Below are positions 17,112 to 26,420 of a DNA stretch of 64,000 bases, piece after piece. A model generated the notes under the pieces. The model searched no databases. It was not told the DNA's origin and was given only the letters and a program-made list of their open reading frames with translations. The DNA comes from Candidatus Zhuqueibacterota bacterium (lineage in GTDB: Bacteria > BS750m-G25): the NCBI GenBank assembly GCA_016783505.1, contig JADHWK010000001.1, positions 124,001 to 188,000 of the forward strand, written 5' to 3'. Position numbers and translations under genes: made by a program. Every line of letters begins with the position of its first letter. Position 1 is the first letter of the stretch.

Positions 17112-20100
17112 CTATTTGATCAACAGACATTTCCTCACCCGGATCATCCCTCCCGATTCTAACCGGTAAAAGTAAAGACCCGAAGGGAGGCCAGAAGCAT
17201 CCCACCAGATCCAGTGGGAACCAGGCCCCTTCACCCCGTCCACCAACCGGGCTACTTCCTGACCCCGAAGGTTAAACACCCGCAGTCTGAGAGACCCCGA
17301 CCGGGGCAGATCATACCGGATGACCGTCCTCGGGTTAAAAGGATTGGGATAGTTGGGATAGAGGGCAAATTTCAGGGGAACCCCGGAAGTCTTTTCCTTC
17401 ACCCCGGTGAAGAAGGTATCGGGCGGGTCGGTGGTGAACTTGATGGCCATGCTGTCCCTAAGCATCCCTGCCGCCAGGGGATAACGATTGACATAGCTAT
17501 ATTCAATCCCATCCGACCCTTCAGGGTTTTCAATCCCCACGGTGGCAAAATTATTGTCCCAGTCCACGTTGTTGATCGTGTGGTATTGGAACAGGATCTC
17601 CCCATCCCCGGTCTCGGTCGGGTAATGCACAGGATCGAATAAAATGACCTCAAAGGTTTCCGGAGCGCTGTTATATCGGTTGAGCACCCGGCTCCATTCG
17701 ACGACAAAACGATGGTTTTGATCATCATCCCAATAAAAGACGTTGATCACGTTCTCATGCCCCCCGACCACCAGGCTGGAATCCAGGTCGTCCCAGAAGG
17801 GGGCTATCATCCCATAGGGGCCCAGGGCCGCCGGGATTGCCCAGTTGATAAAATCGTACATCCAGGTAGAGCCCATGGCGATCCACCCGTTGGAACAAAC
17901 GGTTATGGTATCATAATCCTGACCATAGTAGCGGAATCCGAACGGGAGCGGCAGGGCACGGGATTGGTCGTCAGCCATGGTGAAGGCCGTACCCAACCCC
18001 CCGTAAGCGGGGTCAATTTCCACCCAGTCATATACTGGGGCCTCTTCATAATGGGTATCGTAATGGTCATAGGCAAAGTAGCCATACCCATCGGGCCCCA
18101 GCGGGGCGGTGGAATCAACCTGACCGATGGTGAGCTGAAACCCGGTTCGCCCCAGGTTAACTTCCCCGCTGGTCAACTGGATCTGGAATCCAACCAACCG
18201 CCCTGAATAGGTAGATGGCTCAGCCTGAACGAGAAAGGAGGACTGCCCCACAGCCTGGGACCCAGGGTTTATATTCCCGAACGTTACCACTGAATCCAGA
18301 ACGCTAACGGCGTTGGTGTTGGCCCGCAGAATACCGGTTACCCCAGTTGCCGTAAAGCTGCCGTCGTTCTGTATAGTTACCGTTAGCTCAGCCGTCTCCC
18401 CGGGGTCGAGAAAACCGTCTCCCCCGGCCTCAATGGTATGGGACTGATAGACCAGTTTTGCCGACCCCACCACCAGGGCCAACTTGGACACCCACGGGGT
18501 GCCGCCCTCATCCTGGGCGGTGAGGGTAAAGTTTATGGCATGGTTGTGGGGGCACTCGGGCGACACCGTAAATACAAATGAGTCTGGTGGGGACATTGAT
18601 TGACCCCCTTCAATATTACCATAACTTACCTCATCAATGGCAATCTCAACATAAGGATCGTTCTCCGCCAGATTGGCTGTCACCCCGGGGGCAGACGTGG
18701 TGCCGAAGTTTTTAAGGGTAACCCCCAATTCAATGGTCTCCCCTGGATTGATAATACCATCACCGTTCCCCTGACTGGGGGATGTGCCATCATCGTCAAC
18801 GGTGGAATTTTCATAGCCCACAAAAACCCCCTCCCTGAGGACGGATATGTCAGCTAAGTAGGGGATAAAGTTGTGTTTGGTCACCGTGAGCAAAAAGGTC
18901 CCTTCCGTTTCTGGGTTAATGGGCAGTTCCACCCCCCCGTTCCCGGCCGTCAAACCCCGAACATAGGTCTCATCATCCTTCCACCCGCATACCAGCGCCC
19001 CCGGAACCGGAGTATAGTTACTATCCAAAACCATTAATGAAAAAGTATTGAGCCCCAGGGGTATGGTATCCGGATGGGTTACCAGTAAGGGTTGGGGAAT
19101 GTCCGTCCACATATTGAGTTCGGGATCCCCCAGGATGTTATAGACCTGAAAATAGAATTCCGTCCACCCCCCGGGTTCCCGGTTATTGGGAAAGCTATTG
19201 TAAAGCTCGATTTTTCCCCGCAGGAGTGCCTCCCCCAACCGGTAGATATCCCCGTCTAAAATTCCCCAGTAAAAACCGGCATCAATGGAGTTGTTATGTC
19301 GGGTCTGGGTATGCAGGTCGCTGGGACCTATGAAGGCGATGCCCCCGATGGGGTTCTGAGCCGTCCCCACCCTCAGCCAGGCCTCCCCGAAACAACGGTC
19401 AAAGGCAAAATCCCCTGTCTGACAGACCATTGAGGTCACCACCGGAAGCTTCCATACATTACTCAACCCTTGTACATCCTCAATATAGAACTGGGGATAG
19501 TGCCAGCCCCGGTAGTAACCCCAACCCCGATAGTTAACGAAGCTTACCCCCTGGTTGATGAAATTCGAAATCTCATCGGTACCCGGAAAGGCAGGGGGAT
19601 AAAATACGGTATCTACCTGGTTAAAACCGTAGTTCAACATTTTCTCCCTCACCCACAGCTTGGTAAGCCGGGGAGTGGTGGGGATCGGCGGGGTAACGCT
19701 GTAGTTCCCAGCCACCACCAGGGCCTTTTTATGCCAGCCTGTAGTAACCATACAGGTATCATATCCTATGATTTTGCTGATGACGGTCACCAGTTCCCCG
19801 GTAGACCCCACCGATAACCGACCCACGAGTAGGTCGGGAAAGTAGTCATCCCCGTCCAGCGTGCTGTAGGGGTGGTCGCTGGTATTCTGGGCGCCAGTGG
19901 CGGGGGATGGGACGCTCAGGAAGTGGGGAATATCCGGGGTGTCTCCTACCAGCAGCAGGTATTCCGGCGGCGTCTCGCTATCATAGGCGTCCTGAACGTA
20001 GGCCAAGATTTCCTCCTTTGTCCCCCCCGTCTCATCAGTGGTCACCACCACGGTTTCTATCCCCTTGCGCTGCTTCCATTCGGCCAGATAGGAAAGGATG

Positions 20101-20849
20101 GGGGCGTATTGGGGTTTGGTGATAATGAGATAGCAGCTGGGTTGCAGCTCAACATCGGCGGCTCGGACAATATCATAGTTAACAACCAGTTTTCGATAGA
20201 GGTTATCAAAGGCTTTTGAAAAGGGTCGGGTTTCAACCTTGGCGTTGGTTAGATCTCTGCCCTGATAGTTTATCCCCACCTGCAATTCCCTGTAAACCCG
20301 TAACATTCCTTTGGCCGGATTATATTGAATCGGACAGATCGAAAGGGATACCAGCCGCAGGTCCCGGAGGATGAACGGCCGGCTGATGGTCACGATGGAT
20401 TGGGGAAGAAATTCATCTTGGGCGTAAAACCGTTGGGCCACCATTGGGTCCACTGAGAATTCATCACCATCCTGGTTGAATGGGACCAAGCGAAAACCGT
20501 CCAGCAGAACGCTGTCTTCCCCGAGAACCTCCACGGAAACCCCCTTATCCCCGGGGATAGCCACCAAGACGGTGATGACCGGCAGCGCGGGCCGGTCTGA
20601 CCAATGCGTAAAGCCGCTATCGGGCAGTTTGATTTTCTGATATTCCTCTCCATAAATGACGACCGACTCCCATTCCAGGGCGTTTATGGAAACCCCTATT
20701 CGGGTTTGAACGTCGTCGGAGGCCAAAACCTTGAGGAGACCATCGGGGGTTTCCACTCCGGGGTTTAACTCAATGATTCCTCCCTCAAGCACCCCTATCC
20801 AACCGAGTAAAAATACGAGAAGATTGACCAAGATTTGCTCTTTTACCAT
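17112..20849 (-). CDS. C25 (gingipain-like) family protein 1 with propeptide and C-terminal sorting domain
   Basis: Signal peptide, C25 propeptide, EWKQRKG, YLLLVGD, DLLVGRLS, NYRGWG, MVCQTG, YNILGDP; ends with NYPNPFNP...KCLLIK. Confidence 0.9.
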   Translation of the reverse strand: MVKEQILVNLLVFLLGWIGVLEGGIIELNPGVETPDGLLKVLASDDVQTRIGVSINALEWESVVIYGEEYQKIKLPDSGFTHWSDRPALPVITVLVAIPGDKGVSVEVLGEDSVLLDGFRLVPFNQDGDEFSVDPMVAQRFYAQDEFLPQSIVTISRPFILRDLRLVSLSICPIQYNPAKGMLRVYRELQVGINYQGRDLTNAKVETRPFSKAFDNLYRKLVVNYDIVRAADVELQPSCYLIITKPQYAPILSYLAEWKQRKGIETVVVTTDETGGTKEEILAYVQDAYDSETPPEYLLLVGDTPDIPHFLSVPSPATGAQNTSDHPYSTLDGDDYFPDLLVGRLSVGSTGELVTVISKIIGYDTCMVTTGWHKKALVVAGNYSVTPPIPTTPRLTKLWVREKMLNYGFNQVDTVFYPPAFPGTDEISNFINQGVSFVNYRGWGYYRGWHYPQFYIEDVQGLSNVWKLPVVTSMVCQTGDFAFDRCFGEAWLRVGTAQNPIGGIAFIGPSDLHTQTRHNNSIDAGFYWGILDGDIYRLGEALLRGKIELYNSFPNNREPGGWTEFYFQVYNILGDPELNMWTDIPQPLLVTHPDTIPLGLNTFSLMVLDSNYTPVPGALVCGWKDDETYVRGLTAGNGGVELPINPETEGTFLLTVTKHNFIPYLADISVLREGVFVGYENSTVDDDGTSPSQGNGDGIINPGETIELGVTLKNFGTTSAPGVTANLAENDPYVEIAIDEVSYGNIEGGQSMSPPDSFVFTVSPECPHNHAINFTLTAQDEGGTPWVSKLALVVGSAKLVYQSHTIEAGGDGFLDPGETAELTVTIQNDGSFTATGVTGILRANTNAVSVLDSVVTFGNINPGSQAVGQSSFLVQAEPSTYSGRLVGFQIQLTSGEVNLGRTGFQLTIGQVDSTAPLGPDGYGYFAYDHYDTHYEEAPVYDWVEIDPAYGGLGTAFTMADDQSRALPLPFGFRYYGQDYDTITVCSNGWIAMGSTWMYDFINWAIPAALGPYGMIAPFWDDLDSSLVVGGHENVINVFYWDDDQNHRFVVEWSRVLNRYNSAPETFEVILFDPVHYPTETGDGEILFQYHTINNVDWDNNFATVGIENPEGSDGIEYSYVNRYPLAAGMLRDSMAIKFTTDPPDTFFTGVKEKTSGVPLKFALYPNYPNPFNPRTVIRYDLPRSGSLRLRVFNLRGQEVARLVDGVKGPGSHWIWWDASGLPSGLYFYRLESGGMIRVRKCLLIK

Positions 20850-20925
20850 TTACTATCCTTTCATTTTAATATCCAAAACCAACTTCGCTTCGGTCGTCCA
20901 TACGGACTGATTGCAATTTTGCTTA

Positions 20926-20945
20926 TCGGTCAGGCGCCCGACTGA
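20926..20945. repeat. 20-bp TCAGTCAGGCGCCTGACTGA palindrome family
   Basis: Copies at 20926-20945, 36030-36049 and 54982-55001 (perfect); variant at 20890-20910; split copy at 16400-16409 and 16635-16644. Confidence 0.9.
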
Positions 20946-20980
20946 TTGGGTATTATTATGATGTTTTTTCATCTGTGGCT

Positions 20981-21009
20981 AAATTAATAAATTTTAACCA
21001 AAAATGCAA
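20981..21009 (-). promoter_or_regulatory. Putative promoter of C25 gene 1
   Basis: TTGCAT-N17-TAATTT on the minus strand. Confidence 0.45.
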
Positions 21010-21020
21010 GGTGATTTATC

Positions 21021-21049
21021 AAAAAGCCCCTGACAGAACTGACAGGGGT
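21021..21049 (-). terminator. Intrinsic terminator
   Basis: Minus strand reads ACCCCTGTCAGTTCTGTCAGGGGC followed by TTTTT. Confidence 0.7.
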
Positions 21050-21265
21050 TCGTAATAGGAGATATTTTTAACTTGCCCGTAAAGGATGTTGCCCTACTCG
21101 ACTATTATATTGCCACCATATAAATACGGCGGATAACAACATTTATCGTGAGAGTAGATTTAATCTATATTGGTGTGTAATTTAATTTTGAGTTATTTTC
21201 AAAATATTTCACCACAAATTACTTTCGGTCACTCAGCTGTTTCTTCCTGTAATTGTAATCTATCT

Positions 21266-21306
21266 ATAATCTTCTGAAGATTATGCCTTTAATTGTAAAA
21301 AGTCAA
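21266..21306 (-). promoter_or_regulatory. Promoter with a perfect 9-1-9 palindromic operator
   Basis: TTGACT-N17-TAATCT; ATAATCTTC-T-GAAGATTAT at 21266-21284 overlaps the -10. Confidence 0.6.
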
Positions 21307-21409
21307 GCACGTTTTGGCGTTTGTTTGGTGGGATAATGAAAAACCCACTTGTCATTCTTTGCCTGATCCGTAAAAAAAGGGAGACAATCTATGGTAATAT
21401 CTGACTTTA

Positions 21410-22771
21410 TCAGGATGAAATGTTTCCTTTGCCTAACCTAATACGTTTCCTTCGCCAATACCAGTAGACGGGCATTCCGACGACGATAATAATAATTCCT
21501 CGCAGGGGTTCCAATGGCCTTTCGATCAGGGTGTTGATCAAAATCCACATCGAGACTAGGATGAAGATGGCAGGGGTAACCGGGTAGCCCCATACCCGAA
21601 AGGGCCTTTCCAGTTCGGGTCGCCTCACCCTTAGCACATATACTCCTACCCCCACTGCCGCCGAGAGCAGTACCATGATGAACACTGTAAAGACGAGCAA
21701 TTTCTCAAACGTCCCCAATATTAGCACCAGTCCACAGGACCAGACCATCTGGAGGATAATGGCTAAAGCCGGGGTCCGAAACCTGAGATGAACCCGGCTC
21801 GCCCACCTGAAAAATAGCTCGTCTTTGGCCATGGCATAATAGATGCGGGGACCGGTAAGTATGGTGGCGTTCAGACAACCGAGGATGGAGACGATGATCG
21901 CCAGCGAGATGAAAGTCGCCGCCCGGTGGCCAAACAATCGCACCGATGCCACCTCGGCGATATTGATCACCCCAGCCATTTCTTCGGCGGGCAGGCCGTA
22001 GAGAAAGACAGCGTTCAGGGCCAGGTAGATCAGGATGACCACCCCGGTTCCCAGGCAGAGGGATAACGGGAGGTCCCGTTGGGGGTTTCTAACTTCGCCC
22101 GCCACGTAGGCGGTGGCCGCCCAGCCGTAATAGGCAAAAGTCACTCCGATCAGACCCAGTCCCAGGCCGGAAAAGAGCCCCTTTTCTATCGGAATCCCTG
22201 AGGAGGTGGACAGATTTTCAACGTGCCCTTTCCCTACGAGAAACCCCAGGAACACCAGCAACAGGACAGCCGTCACCTTGAGGATGGTGAGCCCGTTCTG
22301 CACCCCGCTCCCCGCCTTCAGGCCAATGTAATTGATGACGGATAGGATAACAATTATCAGGATAGCCGTTAATTGCCCCCCTATCCCCGGGGACAGGCCC
22401 GGGATGAACCGGTTCAGATATTCCACGCACCCCACCGCCAGGACGGCGATGGACCCTGAGAAGGTGACCCAGAAGGCCGTCCAGCCGTTCAGAAAGCCCC
22501 AGAAGGGGCCGTAGGCTTCCCTCAGGTAGACATAATCCCCCCCGGCCTTTGGGATGGCGGCCCCCAGCTCGGCGTAACACAGGGCCCCGCAAAGGGAGGC
22601 GATCCCACCCAGCAACCACACCAGCATGATCCATCCCGGATGGTGGACGGCCCCGGCGATAACCCCGGTGGTGGTGAAGATCCCCACCCCGATGATGTTG
22701 CCAATCACCAGCAGGGTCGTATCCCAGGGACCCAATCCCCTTATTAATTCCGGCTGCTTTTTCTCGGACAC
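21410..22771 (-). CDS. APC family amino-acid permease
   Basis: IIGVGIF, YAELGAAIPKAGGDY, GEVRNPQRDLP and RIYYAMAKD motifs. Confidence 0.95.
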   Translation of the reverse strand: MSEKKQPELIRGLGPWDTTLLVIGNIIGVGIFTTTGVIAGAVHHPGWIMLVWLLGGIASLCGALCYAELGAAIPKAGGDYVYLREAYGPFWGFLNGWTAFWVTFSGSIAVLAVGCVEYLNRFIPGLSPGIGGQLTAILIIVILSVINYIGLKAGSGVQNGLTILKVTAVLLLVFLGFLVGKGHVENLSTSSGIPIEKGLFSGLGLGLIGVTFAYYGWAATAYVAGEVRNPQRDLPLSLCLGTGVVILIYLALNAVFLYGLPAEEMAGVINIAEVASVRLFGHRAATFISLAIIVSILGCLNATILTGPRIYYAMAKDELFFRWASRVHLRFRTPALAIILQMVWSCGLVLILGTFEKLLVFTVFIMVLLSAAVGVGVYVLRVRRPELERPFRVWGYPVTPAIFILVSMWILINTLIERPLEPLRGIIIIVVGMPVYWYWRRKRIRLGKGNISS

Positions 22772-22891
22772 TTGTCAATAAAATTTACGTTCTAAACTCT
22801 AATAGAGAATTGTTTTTCAAAATATCCAATACCTTATTAGTTAAACCTTTCCTTATCTACATCCTTAAGAGGGATGAATTTAAAAACGGAA

Positions 22892-23055
22892 ATTCTTCCC
22901 CCGAGACTTTCGGAACGACCTTGGGACACGGTAAGAATGACAAGCCTGCGGTTCAGTGTGTTAGACTCCAATGTTGTCATCCTACAAGTTTATCCCAGGG
23001 TTGTTTTCCTTTCATTGTTATTACACTTCGCACTCCGAACTTCCCCCTTCGCACT
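22892..23055. repeat. ATTCTTC...AGAATGAC/GTCAT element plus a 7-bp periodic array
   Basis: 22892-22941 resembles the reverse complement of 53258-53311; the array ttcgcac tccgaac ttccccc ttcgcac abuts the stop codon at 23056. Confidence 0.6.
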
Positions 23056-26000
23056 TTAGCGGAGCAGGAGCATTTTCTTTGTCCCTGAAAAACCCTTCAC
23101 TTCTAGCCGATAGAAATAGATTCCCGAAGCCATCCCCCCACTTTCCCACCCCACCTGATGATACCCCGCTTCCCGATAATCATCCACTAGAGTAGCTACC
23201 CCCTGCCCTAAAATATTGTAGACCTTCAGGGTTACATGACCGTATTGTGGAAGACCGTATACAATGGTGGTAACGGGGTTGAAGGGATTAGGATAATTCT
23301 GACAGAGTTGGTAGGAGGTGGGAATGGCTCCCTTTTTATCTGGGGATACCCCGACCACATAATCAACGACAGCGTGATTGGATGTGTCACTTACCCCACC
23401 TGTATAGACTGCAGTTACCCAGTACTCATAGGTATCCGTCTCTTCAAGGGTATCCTGATAAGTCGTGTCAGGGATCAAAGAATCAATTTTAACCCCATTG
23501 CGGTAGACATCAAATCCCTCCAGGGAGAGAAGATCGTGGGGTTTTAATCTGCCCCCCTTTCTTAGGGATCCTGAAAACGGCGATTCCCAGTTCAGGGTGA
23601 CGGCGGACCCCCCTAATGTGGCCATGAGATTTGTTGGGGTAAGTAGGGCGTAGAGTTCAAAGTCAATGTTCTCGGTGGTCTGTCCCTCTATCACTTCCAC
23701 CCGTCCGGCGAAACCGATTTCGTAACCGGCAAGTTCCGCCCCGACATCCTGAAAGCCAACCCGAACCGAATCCAGCCGATAGAACCCCGAGGAATCGGGG
23801 CTGGTGGAAATCCCCCCGGCTAATACCACCGTCTGGGTCACCTCCCCATCACCACCCCTAAGGATTATCAGACCGGAAATTGACCCGTAAGCCGGTACCA
23901 GGCCGGTGGTAAAGGTGATAGCTATACCAGGATCCAGGGGAAAGGCGTGGGGATCATAGACGTCATCGAATAGAACCTCAATCCCCACGGTCTGATCCGG
24001 GCTTTCTATTCCCACCGTGCACTCGGTGGGGTCGCTGACCCCGTTATATTGGAATACGATCTCCCCGTCCCCGGTTTGAGTGACCCAATATTCCGGATCA
24101 TAGAGAACGATTTCAAACGTCTCCGGCACGTTGGGCGTCCACTGATAGACCCCGTTGTACTCGATGATGAAACGGTGGCGGACCCCATCGTAATAGGTGC
24201 AAACCGTACCCACCTCCTGGGGTGAAAGGTCCTCCCAGAAGGGAGCCATCATCGCCGGGGGCCCGTCGGGGTTGGGTATGGCAGAATTGGAGTAATCCGT
24301 GGAGCTTGTAGTCCCCATTGCAACCCAACCATTCCCACATATAGAAATCTGGTCGTACAGGTTCCCGTAGTAGATAAAGGTAAACGGTAAATCCACCTGA
24401 AACGTCTGGTCATCGGCGGTAAACCCAAGCACCGTGCCCGCCCCTCCCTCCTGGGGGTCAATCTCAATCCATTCAAAGTTATGACCCAGAGGACCATCCT
24501 GGGAATCGTAGGCGTAGTAGCCGTACCCATCGGGCCCGATGGGGAGGTTACGGATGTCCCCGATGATGAGGTTGAAATCATCCATCCACTCGGTAGATTC
24601 GGTATCCCTGATAGCCAAAGTAAAGTTGACCTCATATCCCAGAGGGCTGGAGCGGTCAATGATGAAATCAAAATCATCCCCCGATGTCACACTGTCCTGG
24701 GGGGGAAAATCCCCGAAGAATTCGACCGAATCGGTGATGGTGATGTAGGGATCATCGCACCTTAAGACGGCGTAAACCCCAATGGCGCTCCCGAGCCCGA
24801 TGTTGGTCAGGGTGACCGGCATCTCGATAGACTCACCCGGATCCGGAACCCCGTCCCCGTCTCCCCGGCTGGTTCCTGAGGAATCATCATCTACGGTGTG
24901 ACTTTCATAGATAAGAAGGGGTCCTAAAGAGGCATTCACCCGAAGGTCAGCGGTCATCACCGCAGCGGGATCGCTGATGTCTTCCACCGCCACAAAGGTA
25001 AGTTCCCCCCAATAATTGCGGCTGTCAGGCACGGAGCGGAAGTTGATCTCTCGGTTTAAAGCACTTCCAGGATAAGGGTCCCCTCCGTCCCCCCGGTTAT
25101 GGTCATGTTCTAAATTCCAGAGCCCATCCGCCTGTTCCAGGGCCACTAAATAGTGCTGAGCCGGGTTCAAACCCGGATACCATTCATTATCATTTTGTGT
25201 AGTAATGCTTTCATCCACATGATAGATCATAAGTCCGGCACCGGGAAGAAAGGAATCAAAACCCACCTGCTGCCGATTTTCAGCCAGGAAGTATTCATTT
25301 CCCGGATTGCCGTTGGTCCAGAGGACGACCACCGCGCCGCTATCATATACCTGATCAAAAACATAATTTGAGGTATCGAATGCGATCACCGACTCCTGAG
25401 CCCAGCCCAACTGAAGCCGGCACCAGGCGTCCAGCATGGCCGGGGATCCACCCATCCCACTAGGTCCACTCCAAGAACCCCCCGCCATCAGGCTCCACCT
25501 CCCCAGACCGGCTGAGGAACCATCCCGGTCGTAAAGATCGGGCAACCGTCCCACCGAATGCCCCATCTCGTGGGCATAAACCCCCACCGTCATGTCCCCG
25601 GGACTCTGCCAATACTCCGGCTCCATGGAATAGCGATACACCCACACCCCGTCCACCTGTATGGGACCGGTAACCCAGGCGTGGGACCAGATATCGTTTG
25701 CCGAACCGGTAAATTCTGCCCCGGGGCCCGAATGGATGACAAACAGCCCCTCCACCCAACCATCCCCGTCGTTGTCAAAAATGCTGAAATCAACCGCAGA
25801 GTCGGCCAAAGCCACCACATCCTCAACCAACCGCTGGGCATTGTAGGGATAGGAGCCAAAACCGTTCTGCCCCGCTACGTAATATGAATAGGTTTGGGGA
25901 GCCCGATACCAACCGGATATCAATCCTACCAGCTCCATCGAATCAAAGGAAGCCGCCCGATAGAATTCCCGGAGGGAACCGGTGTTATACGGATTCAACG

Positions 26001-26367
26001 TCCCCCAATCCACGTCTAACCCGAACATTAAACTATCGAAATATGAGGGCTCTACCACCGCCGGTTGATCTGAAAAATCCACCAGAAGGAAAATGGCATT
26101 GAATTCTTCCAATTGCAGAACCGACCGCCCCTCCCTTTCGAATACCATCTTACCCTCGGCGTTTCGAACAAAACGACCAAGGAGCGGCTCAAGCCGGGGC
26201 ATGTTGGCCGGGAGCCCAATGCCCCGCTCAAGCAGCCGGGGATGGAGGGGCATACCACTGTGAGTGGAACCAGGGTTAAAAAGAACCCCGTGCTTTTGTA
26301 AAGCAGCGGCAGATGATAGAAACACCCCCAAAAGAATGACGGCCAAAACAAATACAGACTTTCTCAT
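23056..26367 (-). CDS. M6 family (immune inhibitor A-like) metalloprotease with sorting domain
   Basis: LVDFSD, IWSHAW, HEMGHSVGRLPDLYD, WSLMAGGSW, EYFLAENRQ; true start MRKSVF at 26367; ends with NYPNPFNP...KMLLLR. Confidence 0.93.
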   Translation of the reverse strand: MRKSVFVLAVILLGVFLSSAAALQKHGVLFNPGSTHSGMPLHPRLLERGIGLPANMPRLEPLLGRFVRNAEGKMVFEREGRSVLQLEEFNAIFLLVDFSDQPAVVEPSYFDSLMFGLDVDWGTLNPYNTGSLREFYRAASFDSMELVGLISGWYRAPQTYSYYVAGQNGFGSYPYNAQRLVEDVVALADSAVDFSIFDNDGDGWVEGLFVIHSGPGAEFTGSANDIWSHAWVTGPIQVDGVWVYRYSMEPEYWQSPGDMTVGVYAHEMGHSVGRLPDLYDRDGSSAGLGRWSLMAGGSWSGPSGMGGSPAMLDAWCRLQLGWAQESVIAFDTSNYVFDQVYDSGAVVVLWTNGNPGNEYFLAENRQQVGFDSFLPGAGLMIYHVDESITTQNDNEWYPGLNPAQHYLVALEQADGLWNLEHDHNRGDGGDPYPGSALNREINFRSVPDSRNYWGELTFVAVEDISDPAAVMTADLRVNASLGPLLIYESHTVDDDSSGTSRGDGDGVPDPGESIEMPVTLTNIGLGSAIGVYAVLRCDDPYITITDSVEFFGDFPPQDSVTSGDDFDFIIDRSSPLGYEVNFTLAIRDTESTEWMDDFNLIIGDIRNLPIGPDGYGYYAYDSQDGPLGHNFEWIEIDPQEGGAGTVLGFTADDQTFQVDLPFTFIYYGNLYDQISICGNGWVAMGTTSSTDYSNSAIPNPDGPPAMMAPFWEDLSPQEVGTVCTYYDGVRHRFIIEYNGVYQWTPNVPETFEIVLYDPEYWVTQTGDGEIVFQYNGVSDPTECTVGIESPDQTVGIEVLFDDVYDPHAFPLDPGIAITFTTGLVPAYGSISGLIILRGGDGEVTQTVVLAGGISTSPDSSGFYRLDSVRVGFQDVGAELAGYEIGFAGRVEVIEGQTTENIDFELYALLTPTNLMATLGGSAVTLNWESPFSGSLRKGGRLKPHDLLSLEGFDVYRNGVKIDSLIPDTTYQDTLEETDTYEYWVTAVYTGGVSDTSNHAVVDYVVGVSPDKKGAIPTSYQLCQNYPNPFNPVTTIVYGLPQYGHVTLKVYNILGQGVATLVDDYREAGYHQVGWESGGMASGIYFYRLEVKGFSGTKKMLLLR

Positions 26368-26420
26368 CTTTCCCTTCCTTAATTTTTTCTTCACGATAAA
26401 AGCCTTTAAAGTGTGGCATC

